Below, in pieces: positions 42,166-56,983 of a stretch of DNA of 64,000 nucleotides (positions within the stretch are counted from its first letter, which is position 1; each line of letters begins with the position of its first letter). A program made the position numbers and the translations under genes. The stretch is from Anaeramoeba ignava BMAN (Eukaryota; Protista; Anaeramoebae): contig JAPDFW010000053.1 of assembly GCA_028826165.1 (NCBI GenBank), forward strand, positions 611,904 through 675,903. Direction: 5' to 3'. A model generated the notes under the pieces. That model searched no databases and was not told the DNA's origin. It saw only the letters and a program-made list of their open reading frames with translations.

Positions 42166-45100
42166 ATGAGTTCTTTAAAAGAAATTTTAAAACAATCTAA
42201 AAAACCAATTCAAATTGATTCCATTTTTGGTTTAAAATTTACACAAAAACAATCAAATTTATTTTTTAAATTCTGCAAAAATTCCAATGAAATATCAACA
42301 AACTGGGATAATAGACACAAACCAGTTGTTGTAAATAAATAATTTTAAAAGCAAAAAAAAAAACAAAAACAAACACAAAAAAACAACTTTAATAAATTTT
42401 TCTTAATTGTATTTCTTAATTGTATTTTTTTTATATATATAATTTAGTCAAATAAATTGGATTGGTATTTCAAGTTTTCTCAAATTTTCCTTCGTTCACA
42501 TAAAAATTGGATTCCTCATCCTCAACAAATAATTACAAATTCAAAAAATCCAAAACCAACAAAATTAAAAAGAAGGTTTAAAAATTTAACTCATTTTGAA
42601 CAAGCAATTAAATCAAATCAAATTCATCCTCCAGAATTAATTTATGAAACAATTCGTTTTTTAAAAATTTTTTGTCAATGGATTGATTCAGGTTCAATAT
42701 TTAATTTAATATTTCTATTTTATAATTTTGATTTATTATTTATTATTAATTTTTATTAATTTATTAGAATTTGAATCAAATTTAGAAGAAAATATTCAAG
42801 AAAAAGATGAACAACCAAAATTAATCATTTCTCAATCTTCTCAAAATTGTGGGATATCTTTATTAATGGCTACTTTATTAGCTAAATCTTTTTATAATAG
42901 AGAACAATTAAGAGATTTTGGAATTATTAATATTCTTCTTTATTTAATAAATAAAACTATTAAAATACTTGAAAATGTTAATCGTGAAGTAATTGAACAA
43001 AATAAATATTTTTAAATGGAAAATCAAATTAATTTTAATTTTAAATATAAAAATATTTATTTTAGAAACAAAAACAAAATTTGGATTCAATTTCAAAAAA
43101 AGTTGATTTTGTTGAATTTATTCTCTCAAATACTTTAAGATTAATTGAATTATTTATTGATCCTGAATTTTATCCCAAAAAAAAGCATATTTTAAAATTA
43201 ATTGAAGGAAATGATTTGATTCAAAAAATAATTCGTAAAAAACATTTAAAATTTCAAAATTAATATTTTTAATTAATAATTTTTTAATTTTTAATTTTTT
43301 AGAATTACATCATTTGTTCCTTTTATTATCTCAAGATTTTTCTTTAAATTTAGAAGAATATAATATTCAACTTTTATTGATAGAAATGTTCAGAGTTTTT
43401 AATCAACAAGATCTTTTCCATGAAAAACAAATTTCAAAAGTTACAAATATGATAATTGAAAATTTATATCCTTCAAATTTCCAACTTCCTAAAATTCATT
43501 CTAAAGAAAAATTTGAGGATTCTTTTGATAATATAACAAAAATCATTTTAGACGAGCAAGAAAATAATTCAAATCAAAATGTCCAAATTAATATTGAAGA
43601 ACAAAAGCATCAAGAAGAAAAACTCATTTCATTTCATTTAAGAATTATTGTTTTAAAATTAATTCGTGAAATTATCCAAAAAAATCCTTTTATCGAACAA
43701 GAAATTATTGAAAATATGAATATAAGCTTATTGGGTGATTTTATTTTATGGATTGGATTTAATTTCCCAACAAAAATAAATTCTTCAAAGTTTACAGAAA
43801 AACCCGAATTTAATGAAGAAATTGATTGTATAATTTTATTTAAATTTAATTTAATTTTAATTTAATTTTATTTAAATTTAAATTTAATTTAATTTAATTT
43901 AATTTTATTTAATTTAATTTAATTTAATTTAATTTAATTTTAATTTAATTTAATTTTAATTTAATTTAATTTAATTTTAATTTAATTTAATTTAATTTAA
44001 TTTAATTTAATTTTAATTTTAATTTTAATTTTAATTTAATTTAATTTTAATTTAATTTTAATTTAATTTAATTTTAATTTTAATTTAAAGGAAGAGTCTG
44101 GTGATGTCATCATTTTATTGTTTTTTTATTAAAGAAAGCCACGTGGCAGGGAGACAACTAGTTGAGTCAGGAAAGATCATTTTGAGTCAGTTCTTGGAAC
44201 AAAATAAATTTTTCATTTTTTTTTTCATTTTAATCATTTTAACGAATTCCATTTTTTTTTTCAACTCCATAGATTTAATTAAAAGAATACCACAAGTATA
44301 TTCTCTTAAGAAAAAAAATTAATATTGGATTTCTAACTGGATAAATATATGATGGAACATATTACACATTGAAATAGAGATATATAATAATAAAAGGGTG
44401 TATAGTTACGTTTTATTTATTTTTGTTCTTTATTCTTCCCTTTAAAACAAAATAATGCTGAAAACAACCGCCCTTTTTACAAAATTTGAAAAAGAAGTGT
44501 ATTGGAAAAACACAACTTTAGTTTCTCATTCAATCATAAAAGTTTAAATAAAAAACCCAAATTCCTTGAAAAATAAAATCAGCATATTTAGTGTAAAAAA
44601 GTTTACTTTTTTGGAACAATTTGGGTACCAAGTAAATGAAGCAAAAAAAAAAATTTTCCAAACCAAAAAAAATTGAATAAAAAAACAAAAGAAAAAGAAA
44701 AAAAAGAGACAACCTCCCAAACAAAATAAATCCTTTCAAAAATTTATGAATATTCGATGACGAACTTTTTCACAAATCTAAAATTCTCAAAGCGTTGGGA
44801 AAGCAAATATGAAAATAATTGACATTTTCGTATGATCCAAAAATGAATTTTTGTTGGATCAGAACAATAGAAAATGATTTGTTTCAATATAGGGAAGAAT
44901 ATTTTAGAAAAAGTTCAAATATCCATCAAGCAGAAAAAAAATTGAAAAAACACACATTTTCTTATATGCTTTAATTTTAGGATTAGTAATTTGAGGAATA
45001 AATTCAAAATTCAACAAATATTATTGTATATTGTTACAAAAGACAATGTGTTAAAAAGAATTATAATATCCCTAAACCTTAACTGGTTTCCAATTTCAAG

Positions 45101-48100
45101 TATCTTTCTACGAGTCACAATTTTCAAAATCAATATTCTTAAAAAACACAATTGTTTTTCCCATTGATCCAAAATTCCAATAATCAAGGAAATAGAAAAA
45201 ATTGGATCTTAGGTTTTCTTGTTTTATTATTGAAATTTATTCCAAGAGAAAAAAAATCTCCAATTATTGTTTCCTCTTCTTTTTCTATTTTTTTCTTTCC
45301 AACCAAAAAACAAACAAACAGATAAATATTTTTTTTAATTAATTTTTTATTGTTTTTTTCCTGATGACATCATCATAGAGATGTCGCCAACTCACAGACA
45401 CTTCCTTTAATTTTAATTTAATTTAATTTTAATTTAATTTAATTTAATTTAATTTAATTTTAATTTAATTTAATTTAATTTAATTTTATTTTAGTCACTG
45501 AATTACCTGAACCTGTTCCATTTGATTCAATTATTTTTCAATCAATTCATAACCAAAATCAAAATCAAAACCAAAATCAAAATCAAATTCAAAATGAAAA
45601 TGAAAATGAAAATGAAAATCAAAATCAAAATGAAAATCAAAATCAAAATCAAATTCAAATTCAAAATGCAAAATGAAAATGAAAATCAAAATCAAAATCA
45701 AATTCAAAATCAAAATCAAAATCAAAATCAAATTCAAAATCAAATTCAAATTCAAATTCAAATTCAAAATCAAATTAAAAATCAAATTCAAAATCAAATC
45801 CAAATTCAAAATGAAAATCAAATTCAAAATGAAAAAGAAATTAAAAAAAAAGAAATGAAAAAAAAAGAAATTCCATTAATTGATTTTTCTCAAATTCAAA
45901 ATAAATATAATATTATTGAAATGAAATTTCCTTTACCAGAAATTAGTTCAATTATTTTAAATACAAAATTGGAAGAATTTTTTGAAGAATTAACTACTCT
46001 TTGCAAAACAAGTTTATTATTATTTATAAATAAATCAAACAATGATAAAATTTCTCTTGAAAATGAAATTACTCCTCAAAATCAATCAAAAATCAAATTT
46101 GATCAAAAAATTTCAAATTTACCAAAATCTTGTCTTTACACAAAACTTATAGAAATTTGTTTGGAAATTTTTAATAACGATTCTAATGAAAAATCTCAAA
46201 ATGAAAATTCAAGAAATTATATTTTAAAGGAGAATCCCGGATTGCAATTATATATTCTAAAATTTTTTCAAATATTATTCGAAATTTCAAAAGATCCAAT
46301 TTTCTCAAAACAAATTTTTTTTGGAAAAATTTATTCAACAAATATTTTCTTTTTATTTTAATGAGGTAAAAAAAAAAAAAACAAAAAACAAAACACAAAA
46401 CAAAATTATTTTTTAATTTAAAATTGTTAATTTAAAATTGTAAATTTTTTTAGAATTTTAAATCATATGAAGATGTTCCTCAAACTTTTAAAATTTTAAG
46501 AAATTATCTCTTTTATTTTGCTTTTTCCGTTTCATATAAACTAGTTTCTTTCACTCCAAATCAAATCACTCAATTAATTAATATTGCTTACAATAACAAA
46601 TCAAATATTAATTTAATTTATCATATTTTTTCAACAATTTATGAGTTTTTGATCTACAAAAGATCTAAAAACCACTCCAAAATTTGGAATCAAAAACATT
46701 TGAAAAATTTTGTGATTTGGTGTTTCATTTGCATCAAATACACACAAAGAATTGGGAGAATTCAAAGGAAAAATTTGAAAACAAACATCAATTATGGGAC
46801 TTTATTAAATTAAGATATTTATCATTGCAAATTTTTTCTAGTTTTGTTTTCATGATACCAGAAATTTTCCAGAATAAATTTTCTAATAATTATATTATTA
46901 ATAATTCTTCAACTGTAGCAACGCTATTAAATTTGGTTAATGAAAACCAAACAAAAGATTTCTCATTTACACTTATTCACAAATTATTTTCTTTTGTTGA
47001 TAAAAATAATTTCAAGAAATTTGAAGTTTTATCATGTGCAATTCTTACAAAGATTTTGGAAATTCAACAAAAAATTGAAGTACAAGTTGAGAAAAACGAG
47101 CAAGTAAAAGAAAATATTAATTCAATAAGAGAAATATTACAATTACTTACAGATATTATATCAAGCTATGGATTGAATCTTCAAAAATTGTTTGTGGAAA
47201 TGGAAATTTATAATTTTTTGAAGCAAGTATTTGGCGATCCTCTTTTACTTTCATCTTTAATAAAAAATATTCTGTTATTACTTTTAGCTATTTTCAAGAA
47301 TTGCCCAGTTAATATTGCAACATTCAAAAAACAATTTGGATTTAAAAAACTTCGAAAATATATCATGCAAATAAATCAAGATTTGATTGATTCTGAAGTT
47401 TGCGAAATTATTCTTGATATTATGGTGAATAATGGGAAATTTGATATCAATAAGAATTTTCTTATTGAAAATGAAGATTCTGCTCTTTTTTTATTGCAAT
47501 TATTTTCCAAATCGAATCGAGACATCTTTTGCCAAATTCTTGATATATTTTTCCAAATATGCGAACAATCAATTTTGAACCGTTCAGCTTGTTCTTCTTC
47601 AGGATTCATTTCTTTTTTGATTAAATTCATTACAAAAATTTCAGACTCACCAAAATCAATGGAAATACAAGAGAAAATCATTCGATTAATTGAAATAATT
47701 TCCTCACTTCGAATCACAACAAATGAATTGAAGCTAATTTTCTCTCATTTGAAAAGTCTTCCAGGAAATTTCCGACCACCAAGAAGTTCACTGATTTTAT
47801 CAATTATCAACAAAATCACGCAAAAAACAGAACAGTTCCCGAGATCCTTTTTCAATTTTTCAGGAGAAAGTTCATTTTTAAGACTTTCTTCAGTTCCACA
47901 ATCAATTTTCAAAAGGGGATATTCATTTGTAACTTGGTTTCGACTTGGTGATTTGTTTAGAACAAAGCATCCACAAATGGATGAAATTTATAAGCCAAGA
48001 ATATTTAGTTTTATGTCTAAAGAAAAAGAGGGATTTGAGCTGTTTTTCAACAATATTATTTATCCAACCAATGATGGATCGAATGAAGATGAAAAATCTG

Positions 48101-51100
48101 AAGTTCAGTTTAAATTAAGTTTTGTAATCCATTTGCCATCCAAAAACGTAATAAAAGCACAAAAGGAGATTAGGCTTCAGATCCGAAAATGGTACTTTAT
48201 TGCACTTACACACAAAAACAAAGCATCTTCATTTGGCAAATTCGTTATTTATATCAACGGAAAAGTTGCATATTCTTCTCACAATATCAAATATCCCTCG
48301 TTTTCAGGGTTAAGATACAACCATATTGGATCTGATCCTTTTGGTAAAAATTGTTTTTGTGGACAAATGAGTTCTATTTATTTATTCAATGAAGAATTAT
48401 CTAAGCCGCAAATAGAAGGAATATACTCGCTTTCTCCCAATTACTTTTTATCTTTTTCAGAAGCAGAATGGATAATTAATTCAAGCAAAATAGTTTCTAA
48501 AGAAGATTTTCTTGATGGTTCTCTTCAAAGTAAATTGTTTATGAGTCTCAGAAGCCAAGCTGTAAATAAAGACCAATTTATTGATAAAAATGAGAGAAAC
48601 AATGTCAAGGCACAATTTATTAACGTTTCTCAAGGAACAACCTCAATTATTCATGATGTGATATATCGATCTAACGGGATTAGTGTTCTTTTCCCATTAA
48701 TAATTCAATCAGATCAACCACTTGGATCACAACAAAACATAGAAATTTTTAAAACACAAGAAAATTATAAAAATCTTATTGATTACTCAATAGACCCAGA
48801 AATTTCCAATCAAATATTCAATATCATCAAAAACGTTTTGATTCAAAGTCCTGCAAATCAACAAGGAATGATTCGTTCGCATGGCTTTATGATTTTGAGT
48901 CATTTGTACCAGCATATACATGCTTCGCATATTACAGAAAATCTGATTATTTCAATCCAAGAAATAATCACGCAAATCAATAACCCAATTTTGATAAAAG
49001 ACATGATTCATAACTTCCTTCTTGATTATGATCTTTGGATTTATTGCGATTATGAAATCCAATTGAAATTAATTGAAACATTGAAATTCATCATCTCTTT
49101 TAAAACAAAAGTGGATACAAACCAGAAAAATTCAATTATATTTCTCAGAATAAGAGATTTGTTGGATATTATTTTCTTGTATCTTTGGAATAATTCGGAA
49201 AAAGAACAAAATGTTCATGCCAAACTGGAAACAAAAATACATAAGAATACAGGAAAGATTCTCGGCAAAAAACCAAATGAGGAGCAAACTGGCAAGTTAA
49301 GACAATCGTTTCTTCAATTAATTGAATTATCATTGAATATGAATTATAATAAAGGAGATATATTAGTTTTATTATCTAAATGCCAAATTATCCAAAATAA
49401 TAAAATTGTTTTTGCTCTTCTTCAACAAATCTTGAGGATAATTTCCAAAAATATTTCCATATTGATTGATGATTTGGTTGAAATTAATTTTCTTGATCCC
49501 TTTATATTTCTACTTAACAATTCAAGTGAAAAAGTGCGTATTTTATGCTTTGAAATTATTTATCATTTGCATAAATACCTTCTTTTAATTAAAAAAAAAG
49601 ATGAGAAGGAACCAAAACAACTGATATCAACTCCAAAACAAAAACAAAAACAAAAACAAAAACAAAATAAAAATAATAAAATTGAGCAAAAAAATCAATC
49701 TCAAGAAATTTATCAGAAAATCGATCTCCACAAATCAAGGCTTAATTCTCCTGATGGATTTGAAATGTTTCATAATGTTGTTATAAGATTTCAGCCAACA
49801 CAAAAAATAGTTGATCAATTATTCAATTTACTTTTGATCAAGTTACCATATTCACAAAACATGGAAAATCAAAAAATGATTAAAATTCAAACACCTTGGA
49901 TTTTGAGAACTCTTTTTTATTTAATTCGCAAAAATCCAAATCAAGTTGGATTGAATATTGCGAACCGAGTTTTTTCTCTGTTTAATGGAAATGAAGCGAA
50001 TGTAAAGATATTTGCAAGTCAAAATTATTGGCAAGAATGGATTTTACAAGGATTTTACTTTTCTGAATTTTCATTAGATAATTCAAATGATAATCCAAAA
50101 GATAATTCAAATGATAATTCAAATGATAATTTTGAGCAAAAAATCAATAATACACTTTTATCTATTATCAAATTTGTGTTTAAATTTATTTTCATCAATC
50201 AAGAAATGGTAGCTTTAGATATTTTAAAGATTTTAAACACTTTGGGAATTATGGAAAAGGATGAACAAGAATTTGCATTTGAGCAAAAAAACGTTTTTAT
50301 TCATATTTTCTATCAAGAATTGTTAGTAGGAATTGATGAATCTATTGAATATGAAATGTCTAAAATTAATTTGAAAGAAAGTAAAAAGGAATATTCATTG
50401 ATATTTAAATCAAAATTTCTTGATAAAATCAAGAAGATTAAAGGAGCATTTGAATCAAATCTTGGAGATTTAGTCATTTTGATTGGATATTTTATTTTGT
50501 TTGATAACAAAAAAGAGGCCATGACTTTAAATTTTTCACAGAAAAAGCCAAAACAATCTTTTGTAGATCCAACAACTCAACTTAATCAAAAATTGGTTCA
50601 AAATTTAGTTTTATTTTTGGATAAATTTGGGTTTATTGATTCAGGATTATTTTTCCGAAATGAAGAACAAGGGAAACAAGTTTTTAGGTTTGTTTTACTA
50701 TTTTTGTTTTTCGAAATTGAAGTTTCTGAGTTTCAAAATTGTTCGAAATATCTTGATATGCTACAAAGATTATTTTATATTCATGGAACTCGATCAAAAA
50801 TTGAGAAACAAATTCTGGAAGAAAGAAAAGAATTAATTTTTATTACAACTTCTTATCTTTTCAAAGTTTTGAGATTTTTAGATGAAAATGAAAATGAAAA
50901 TCAAAATGAAAATGAAAATCAATTAGAAAATCAAAATCAAAATGCAAATTCCAAAATTAACAAACAAAGATTAATTGCTGTTCATTTACAAACATTAATT
51001 CGGAATTTTTATGAAATGTTTGCATCTTTTTTAAAATTACAAAATGGAGGAAATTTACTTCCTAAAAATATTGATTTGACTAAGTTTAGCACATATAATT

Positions 51101-54100
51101 CAACAGAATTGATTGATATTTTCAGATCCAAAAAATGGGAATTTGCTATTAAAAATCAACTTTCTTCAATAGGAATTCAATTTTCTGAAGATATTCAAGA
51201 AAGAAGAAATCGATATGAAGAAGAAATACAAAATCAATACAAGAAATTTGAATCAAAATTAACAGAAAAATTAATGGCAAAAAAAAATAACATAAGCGTT
51301 ATTCAAAACAATTTGCAAGAAACTTTCTTTAATTTTGTTCGAAGAGAAAAGGAAATAGCGGAACAAAGAGAAATCAAATATCAACAACGCAAGAAATTTA
51401 TTGTTTCATATTGGCGCAAAATATTCAGAAACTTAACCAATGAAAGAGGGCCTTGGGGAAATGGACTTAAACATAAAGAATCGAACGAAATTTTTTGGAA
51501 ACTTGACAAAACAGAGGATTCATTAAGAAGAAGAATGAAAATGAAAAGGAATTATAAATACAGTTCTTATTATCATGCCTCTGTAAGACGGGATGAGAGA
51601 TTGATTTCTGAAACAAACAAAAGAATTTCTGAATACGAACAACAAAAACAGAATGATTTAGAAAAATTAACAACAGGAATTGATATGATTCCTGATGAAA
51701 ATGTTTTAGATACCGATCAAGATGAGAATGAAAATAATAATAATAATAATAACAATAATAGCAATAATAATGATAATAATCAAGGATATTTATCAGATAA
51801 ATCAAACACATCCCAAATCATGATTTCTGTTGAGCAATCACAAACAGAATCTGAATTTGAATCGGATCATTTCCAAAAAGAAGATCCTGAAGACAAACAA
51901 GAAGAACAAGAAGAACGCCAATTTATTCAACAACTTGAGTTTATTTACACAACTAAATGTAGATTTGTTAGTCCAATGAAATCTTGTCCCGGAAGATTTG
52001 TTTTAACAAAACAATATTTAAGTTTTATTGTTGATCCTAAAATTGAGGAAAAAACACAAATTGATAATATTAAAAGATTGGGGAATTTCCAAAAAAAAGA
52101 AAAGATTGGGAAACAAACAGGAAATAAATTCCAATCAGCGAAACATCCCAAAGAAAATAAAAACAAGTCATGGCCGTTAAATCAACTGAAAACAATTTAT
52201 AAAAGAAGATATTTACATCAACAAACAGCACTTGAGTTTTTTCTGATCAACAAGAAGAGTTTTTTTATTAATTTTTCAAAGGGAGTAAGAGATGAAGTTT
52301 ACGAAAGGATTATCAATATCAAACCAAGCAATTTGGTTATTGAATTTGAAACTGGCGATCCACAAAAATGGATTGAACAATCTCAATATACTCAAAAGTG
52401 GCAAAAATGGGAAATGAGTAATTTTGAATATTTAATGAAATTGAACACTATTGCTAATCGTTCTTATAATGATGTTTCTCAATATCCTGTTTTTCCTTGG
52501 ATTCTTTCTGATTATACATCTTTGGAAATTGATTTACATGATCCAAAAATTTATCGTGATTTATCTAAGCCTATTGGAGCTATGAATGAAGAAAGACTTG
52601 AAATTTTCAAGAATAGATTTGATTTTCAGTTGAAGCAAGGAGATACACCACCATTTCATTATGGTTCTCATTATTCTAGTTCTGGTGTGAAATTTAAAAT
52701 CGATTTAAAATTATTTAAAATTAAATCAAATATTTAAAATTATTTAAAATTAAATCAAATATTTAAAATGAAATTTAAATATTTAAAATTATTTGAAATT
52801 ATTTAAATTAAATTAAAATTAAATCAAATTAAATCAAAATTAAAATTAAATATTTGAAATGAAATTTAAAATTAAATCAAAACTAAATCAAATTAAATTA
52901 AATATTTAAAATTAAATTAAATTAAATATTTGAAATGAAATTTAAAATTAAATATTTGAAATTAAATATTTAAAATTAAAATTAAAATTAAATATTTAAA
53001 ATTAAATCAAATCAAATTAAATCAAATATTTAAAATGAAATTTAAAATTAAATCAAATTAAATCAAATTAAATATTTAAAATTAAATCAAATATTTAAAA
53101 TTAAATCAAATTAAATTAAATTAAATCAAATATTTAAAATTAAATTAAATCAAATCAAAATCAAATTCAAATTAAATATTTAAAATGAAATTTAAAATTA
53201 AATTAAATCAAATCAAATCAAATTCAAATTAAATATTTAAAATTAAATCAAAAATTAAATTAAATATTTAAAATTAAATCAAAATTAAATTAAATATTTA
53301 AAATTAAATCAAATATTTAAAATTATTTAAAATTATTTAAAATTAAAATTAAATATTTAAAATCATTTAAAATTAAATCAAATTAAAATCAAATCAAAAT
53401 TAAATCAAATCAAATCAAATCAAATCAAATTAAATATTTAAAATCAAAAATTAAATCAAAATTAAATTAAATATTTAAAATTAAATCAAATCAAATTAAA
53501 TCAAATCAAATTAAATCAAATTAAATCAAATTAAATATTTAAAATTAAATCAAATATTTAAAATTATTTAAAATTAAAATTAAAATTAAATCAAATCAAA
53601 TTAAATTAAATCAAATATTTAAAATGAAATTAAATCAAATATTTAAAATTATTTGAAATTATTTAAATTAAATTAAAATTAAATCAAATTAAATCAAAAT
53701 TAAAATTAAATTAAATCAAATCAAATATTTAAATTAAATTAAATCAAATTAAATCAAATCAAATATTTAAAATTATTTAAATTAAATCAAATTAAATCAA
53801 ATATTTAAAATGAAATTTAAAATCAAAATTAAATCAAATATTTAAAATTAAATCAAATCAAATCAAATTAAATCAAATCAAATCAAATCAAAATAAATAT
53901 TTAAAATTAAATCAAATATTTAAAATTATTTAAAATTAAAATTAAAATTAAATATTTAAAATTAAATCAAATCAAATTAAATCAAATATTTAAAATGAAA
54001 TTTAAAATCAAAATTAAATCAAATTAAATTAAATTAAATCAAATATTTAAAATTATTTAAAATCAAATCAAATCAAATTAAATCAAATCAAATTAAATCA

Positions 54101-56801
54101 AATATTTAAAATCAAAATCAAATTAAAATCAAATTAAATCAAAATCAAATTAAAATCAAATATTTAAAATTATTTAAAATCAAATTAAATCAAATCAAAT
54201 CAAATTAAATCAAATTAAATATTTAAAATAATTTAAATTAAATATTTAAAATGAAATTTAAATATTTAAAATTAAATCAAATATTTAAAATTATTTAAAA
54301 TCAAATCAAATCAAATTAAATCAAATCAAATTAAATCAAATTAAATATTTAAAATTAAATCAAATATTTAAAATTAAATCAAATATTTAAAATTAAATCA
54401 AATTAAATTAAATTAAATCAAATATTTAAAATCAAATCAAATTAAATTAAATATTTAAAATTAAATTAAATATTTAAAATGAAATTTAAAATTAAATTAA
54501 ATCAAATCAAATCAAATTCAAATTAAATATTTAAAATCAAATCAAATTAAATCAAATATTTAAAATTAAATCAAAATTAAATTAAATATTTAAAATTAAA
54601 TCAAAATTAAATTAAATATTTAAAATTAAATCAAAATTAAATTAAATATTTAAAATTAAATCAAAAATTAAATCAAATCAAATTAAATATTTAAAATCAA
54701 ATCAAATTAAATCAAATCAAATTAAATATTTAAAATTAAATTAAATATTTAAAATTATTTAAAATTAAATCAAATATTTAAAATTAAAATCAAAATAAAA
54801 ATAAAATTAAATCAAATTAAATCAAATATTTAAAATTAAATATTTAAAATTAAATCAAATATTTAAAATGAAATTTAAAATTAAATCAAATTAAATCAAA
54901 TTAAATCATTTAAATTAAAATCAAATTAAATCATTTAAATTAAAATCAAATTAAATCAAATATTTAAAATGAAATTTAAAATCAAAATTAAATCAAATAT
55001 TTAAAATTAAATCAAAATCAAATCAAATTAAATATTTAAAATTAAAAATATTTAAAATAAAATAGGTGGATTGCTTTACTACTTAATTAGATTGGAACCC
55101 TTTACTGGATTACATGTTTATCTTCAAGGTGGAAAATTCGATCAAGCTGATAGAGTTTTTAATTCAATTGCTGAAGCTTGGAATATTTGTCAAACAAGTA
55201 CATCAGATGTTAAAGAACTCATTCCTGAATTCTATTATCTTCCAGAATTTCTTTCTAACAAAAACAAATACAATCTTGGAAAAAGACAAAGATCACAAAT
55301 CCAAATTGGAGATTGTTTACTTCCTCCATGGGCAAAAACACCAGAAGAATTTATAAGAATACAAAAAGAAGCATTAGAAAGTGAATTTGTTTCTCAAAAT
55401 ATTGACAAATGGATTGATTTGATATTTGGATATAAACAAAGAGGAAAAAAAGCAATCAAAGCGTTTAATATGTTTTATTATCTTACTTATGAAAACTCAA
55501 TAAATTTTGAAAACATAAATTCATCAAATGAGAAAAAATCAATTGAATTACAAATTGAACATTTTGGACAAACACCATCACAAATATTCAGACAAAAGCA
55601 TCCTCAAAGATTACCAATAAAACAAGTCATTCATAATATTTTGGATCTAACTTTATATTGGAGATTGAAAAGCGACCAAAGATACAGGAAATTTAGCTCA
55701 AAAGTCGCTAAATCTCCGATTATTTTTGTTTATTTTTCAAAAGCAGATGAATTATTTTCTTCATGGGAATATCCGATAATATTAACAATTGATGAGAATA
55801 GAAATGTAGGAATGCATTCATGTTCACTATCACCATATAAAACTTTCACAAAAGAAATGGAATTTAATATAGAAGAAGAAAATGAAAATGGAAATGAAAA
55901 TGAAAACCAAAATGAAAATGAAAATGAAAATGAAAATTCAAAATCAAAATCAAAATCCAAAAAAATTGCATACTCAAAAAAATCGGACAATCCAAAATAT
56001 TTATTCCCATTTAAACCAGATGCGCAATACGACAATCGAAGCCAAATCGGATATTCTTATTCACCCAAAATGAACAATTTTGCAAATTGCTTTTATTTTG
56101 TTAGTGAACGACCACTTTTATTTAGTTGTGGATATTGGGATGATAGTTTCAAAGTGACTGATATCGAAAAAATGAAATTATTACAAAGCATAACACATCA
56201 TTCAGACATTGTGAGTTGTTTAAGTTATGATTCTGGATATCTTGCAACAGGATCATATGACACAACAATTATGATTTGGAGATTTAATGAAGAACAGGAA
56301 AAAATCGATACAAATCCTGTTCATGTTTTTATGGACATGATAGCAGTAACTTGTTTGGATATTTCTGTTGATTTGGATGTTGTTATAAGTGGTTCAGAAG
56401 ATGGAACTTGTATCATTCACACACTTTTAGAAGGAAAATATGTTCGAACAATTGTGAATGAAAATTTTTCACCTTTAACGCTATTGAAAATCACAAAAGA
56501 CGGTTTTATTGTCACTTTTTCAGAAAGTGATCATGTTTTGTCTGTTTATTCATTAAATGCTACTTTGATAATGAAAAGGAAATTATTAGAAAATATTAAA
56601 TGTTTGGATGTTTCAAATGATTCAAAAATTTTGGTTGTTGGAACTGAACAAAAGAATATTCATTTGTATAATTTACATGATTTCTCTTTAATTCAAACAT
56701 TTGAAGTTGATGATTCAGTTATTTCACTTCGTTTTTATGAAGTTTGGAGATTTATTTTGGTTGGAACTTCACAAGGAAAAATAATATTACTTTTCTTATG
56801 A
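42166..56801 (+). CDS. BEACH-domain protein (neurobeachin/LRBA/NBEAL-like: ARM/ConA-like, PH, BEACH, WD40), ~3400 aa, 8 exons
   Basis: GYSFVTWFR...KWYFIALTH...FCGQMSSIYLF (ConA-like), FWKLDKTEDSLRRRMKMKRN, KRRYLHQQTALEFF (PH), TQKWQKWEMSNFEYLMKLNTIANRSYNDVSQYPVFPWILSDY...HYGSHYSSSG|GLLYYLIRLEPF...DVKELIPEFY...FGQTPSQ, then WD40 repeats. Introns 42331-42447, 42692-42767, 42989-43065, 43235-43302, 43828-45494, 46366-46453 and 52685-55065. Attaching the 5' exons to this gene is inferred from splice phases. Confidence 0.9.
44089..45406. mobile_element. Defective DNA transposon, Kolobok-like (TTAA target duplication, AG...CT termini), 1318 bp, intronic
   Basis: TTAA at 44085-44088 and 45407-45410. 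Left end AGGAAGAGTCTG versus right-end reverse complement AGGAAGTGTCTG (11/12). Subterminal inverted TGATGTCATCA (44102-44112) and TGATGACATCA (45362-45372). Complex sequence interrupting a continuous TTTAA microsatellite. No intact long ORF. Confidence 0.82.
52685..55065 (+). repeat. BEACH intron (2381 nt), filled by AAATT/AAATC/AAATATTTAAAAT/AAAATGAAATTT repeats
   Basis: Splits the BEACH domain at HYSSSG|GLLYY; GTGTGA donor, AATAG acceptor. Confidence 0.9.
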
Positions 56802-56983
56802 ATTTCTTATTAATCAATCAAAGAAAGAAAAAAAGAATTAAAATTTGAATTTTGAATTTTGATTTTTGAATTTTGATTTTTTATTTTGTTTTTGGAAAAT
56901 GAATTAAAAAGAAAAAAAGAAAAATAATATTTTCTTTTCTTTTAAATTTTAAATTTTAAATTTTAAATTTTAATTTTTAAATT

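Noticed and set aside
44089-45406. piggyBac assignment, or a nested host gene (ORFs 44101-44322 and 44530-44739)
   Set aside because: Termini are AG..CT rather than the CC..GG typical of piggyBac; the short ORFs are low-complexity and lack recognisable domains.
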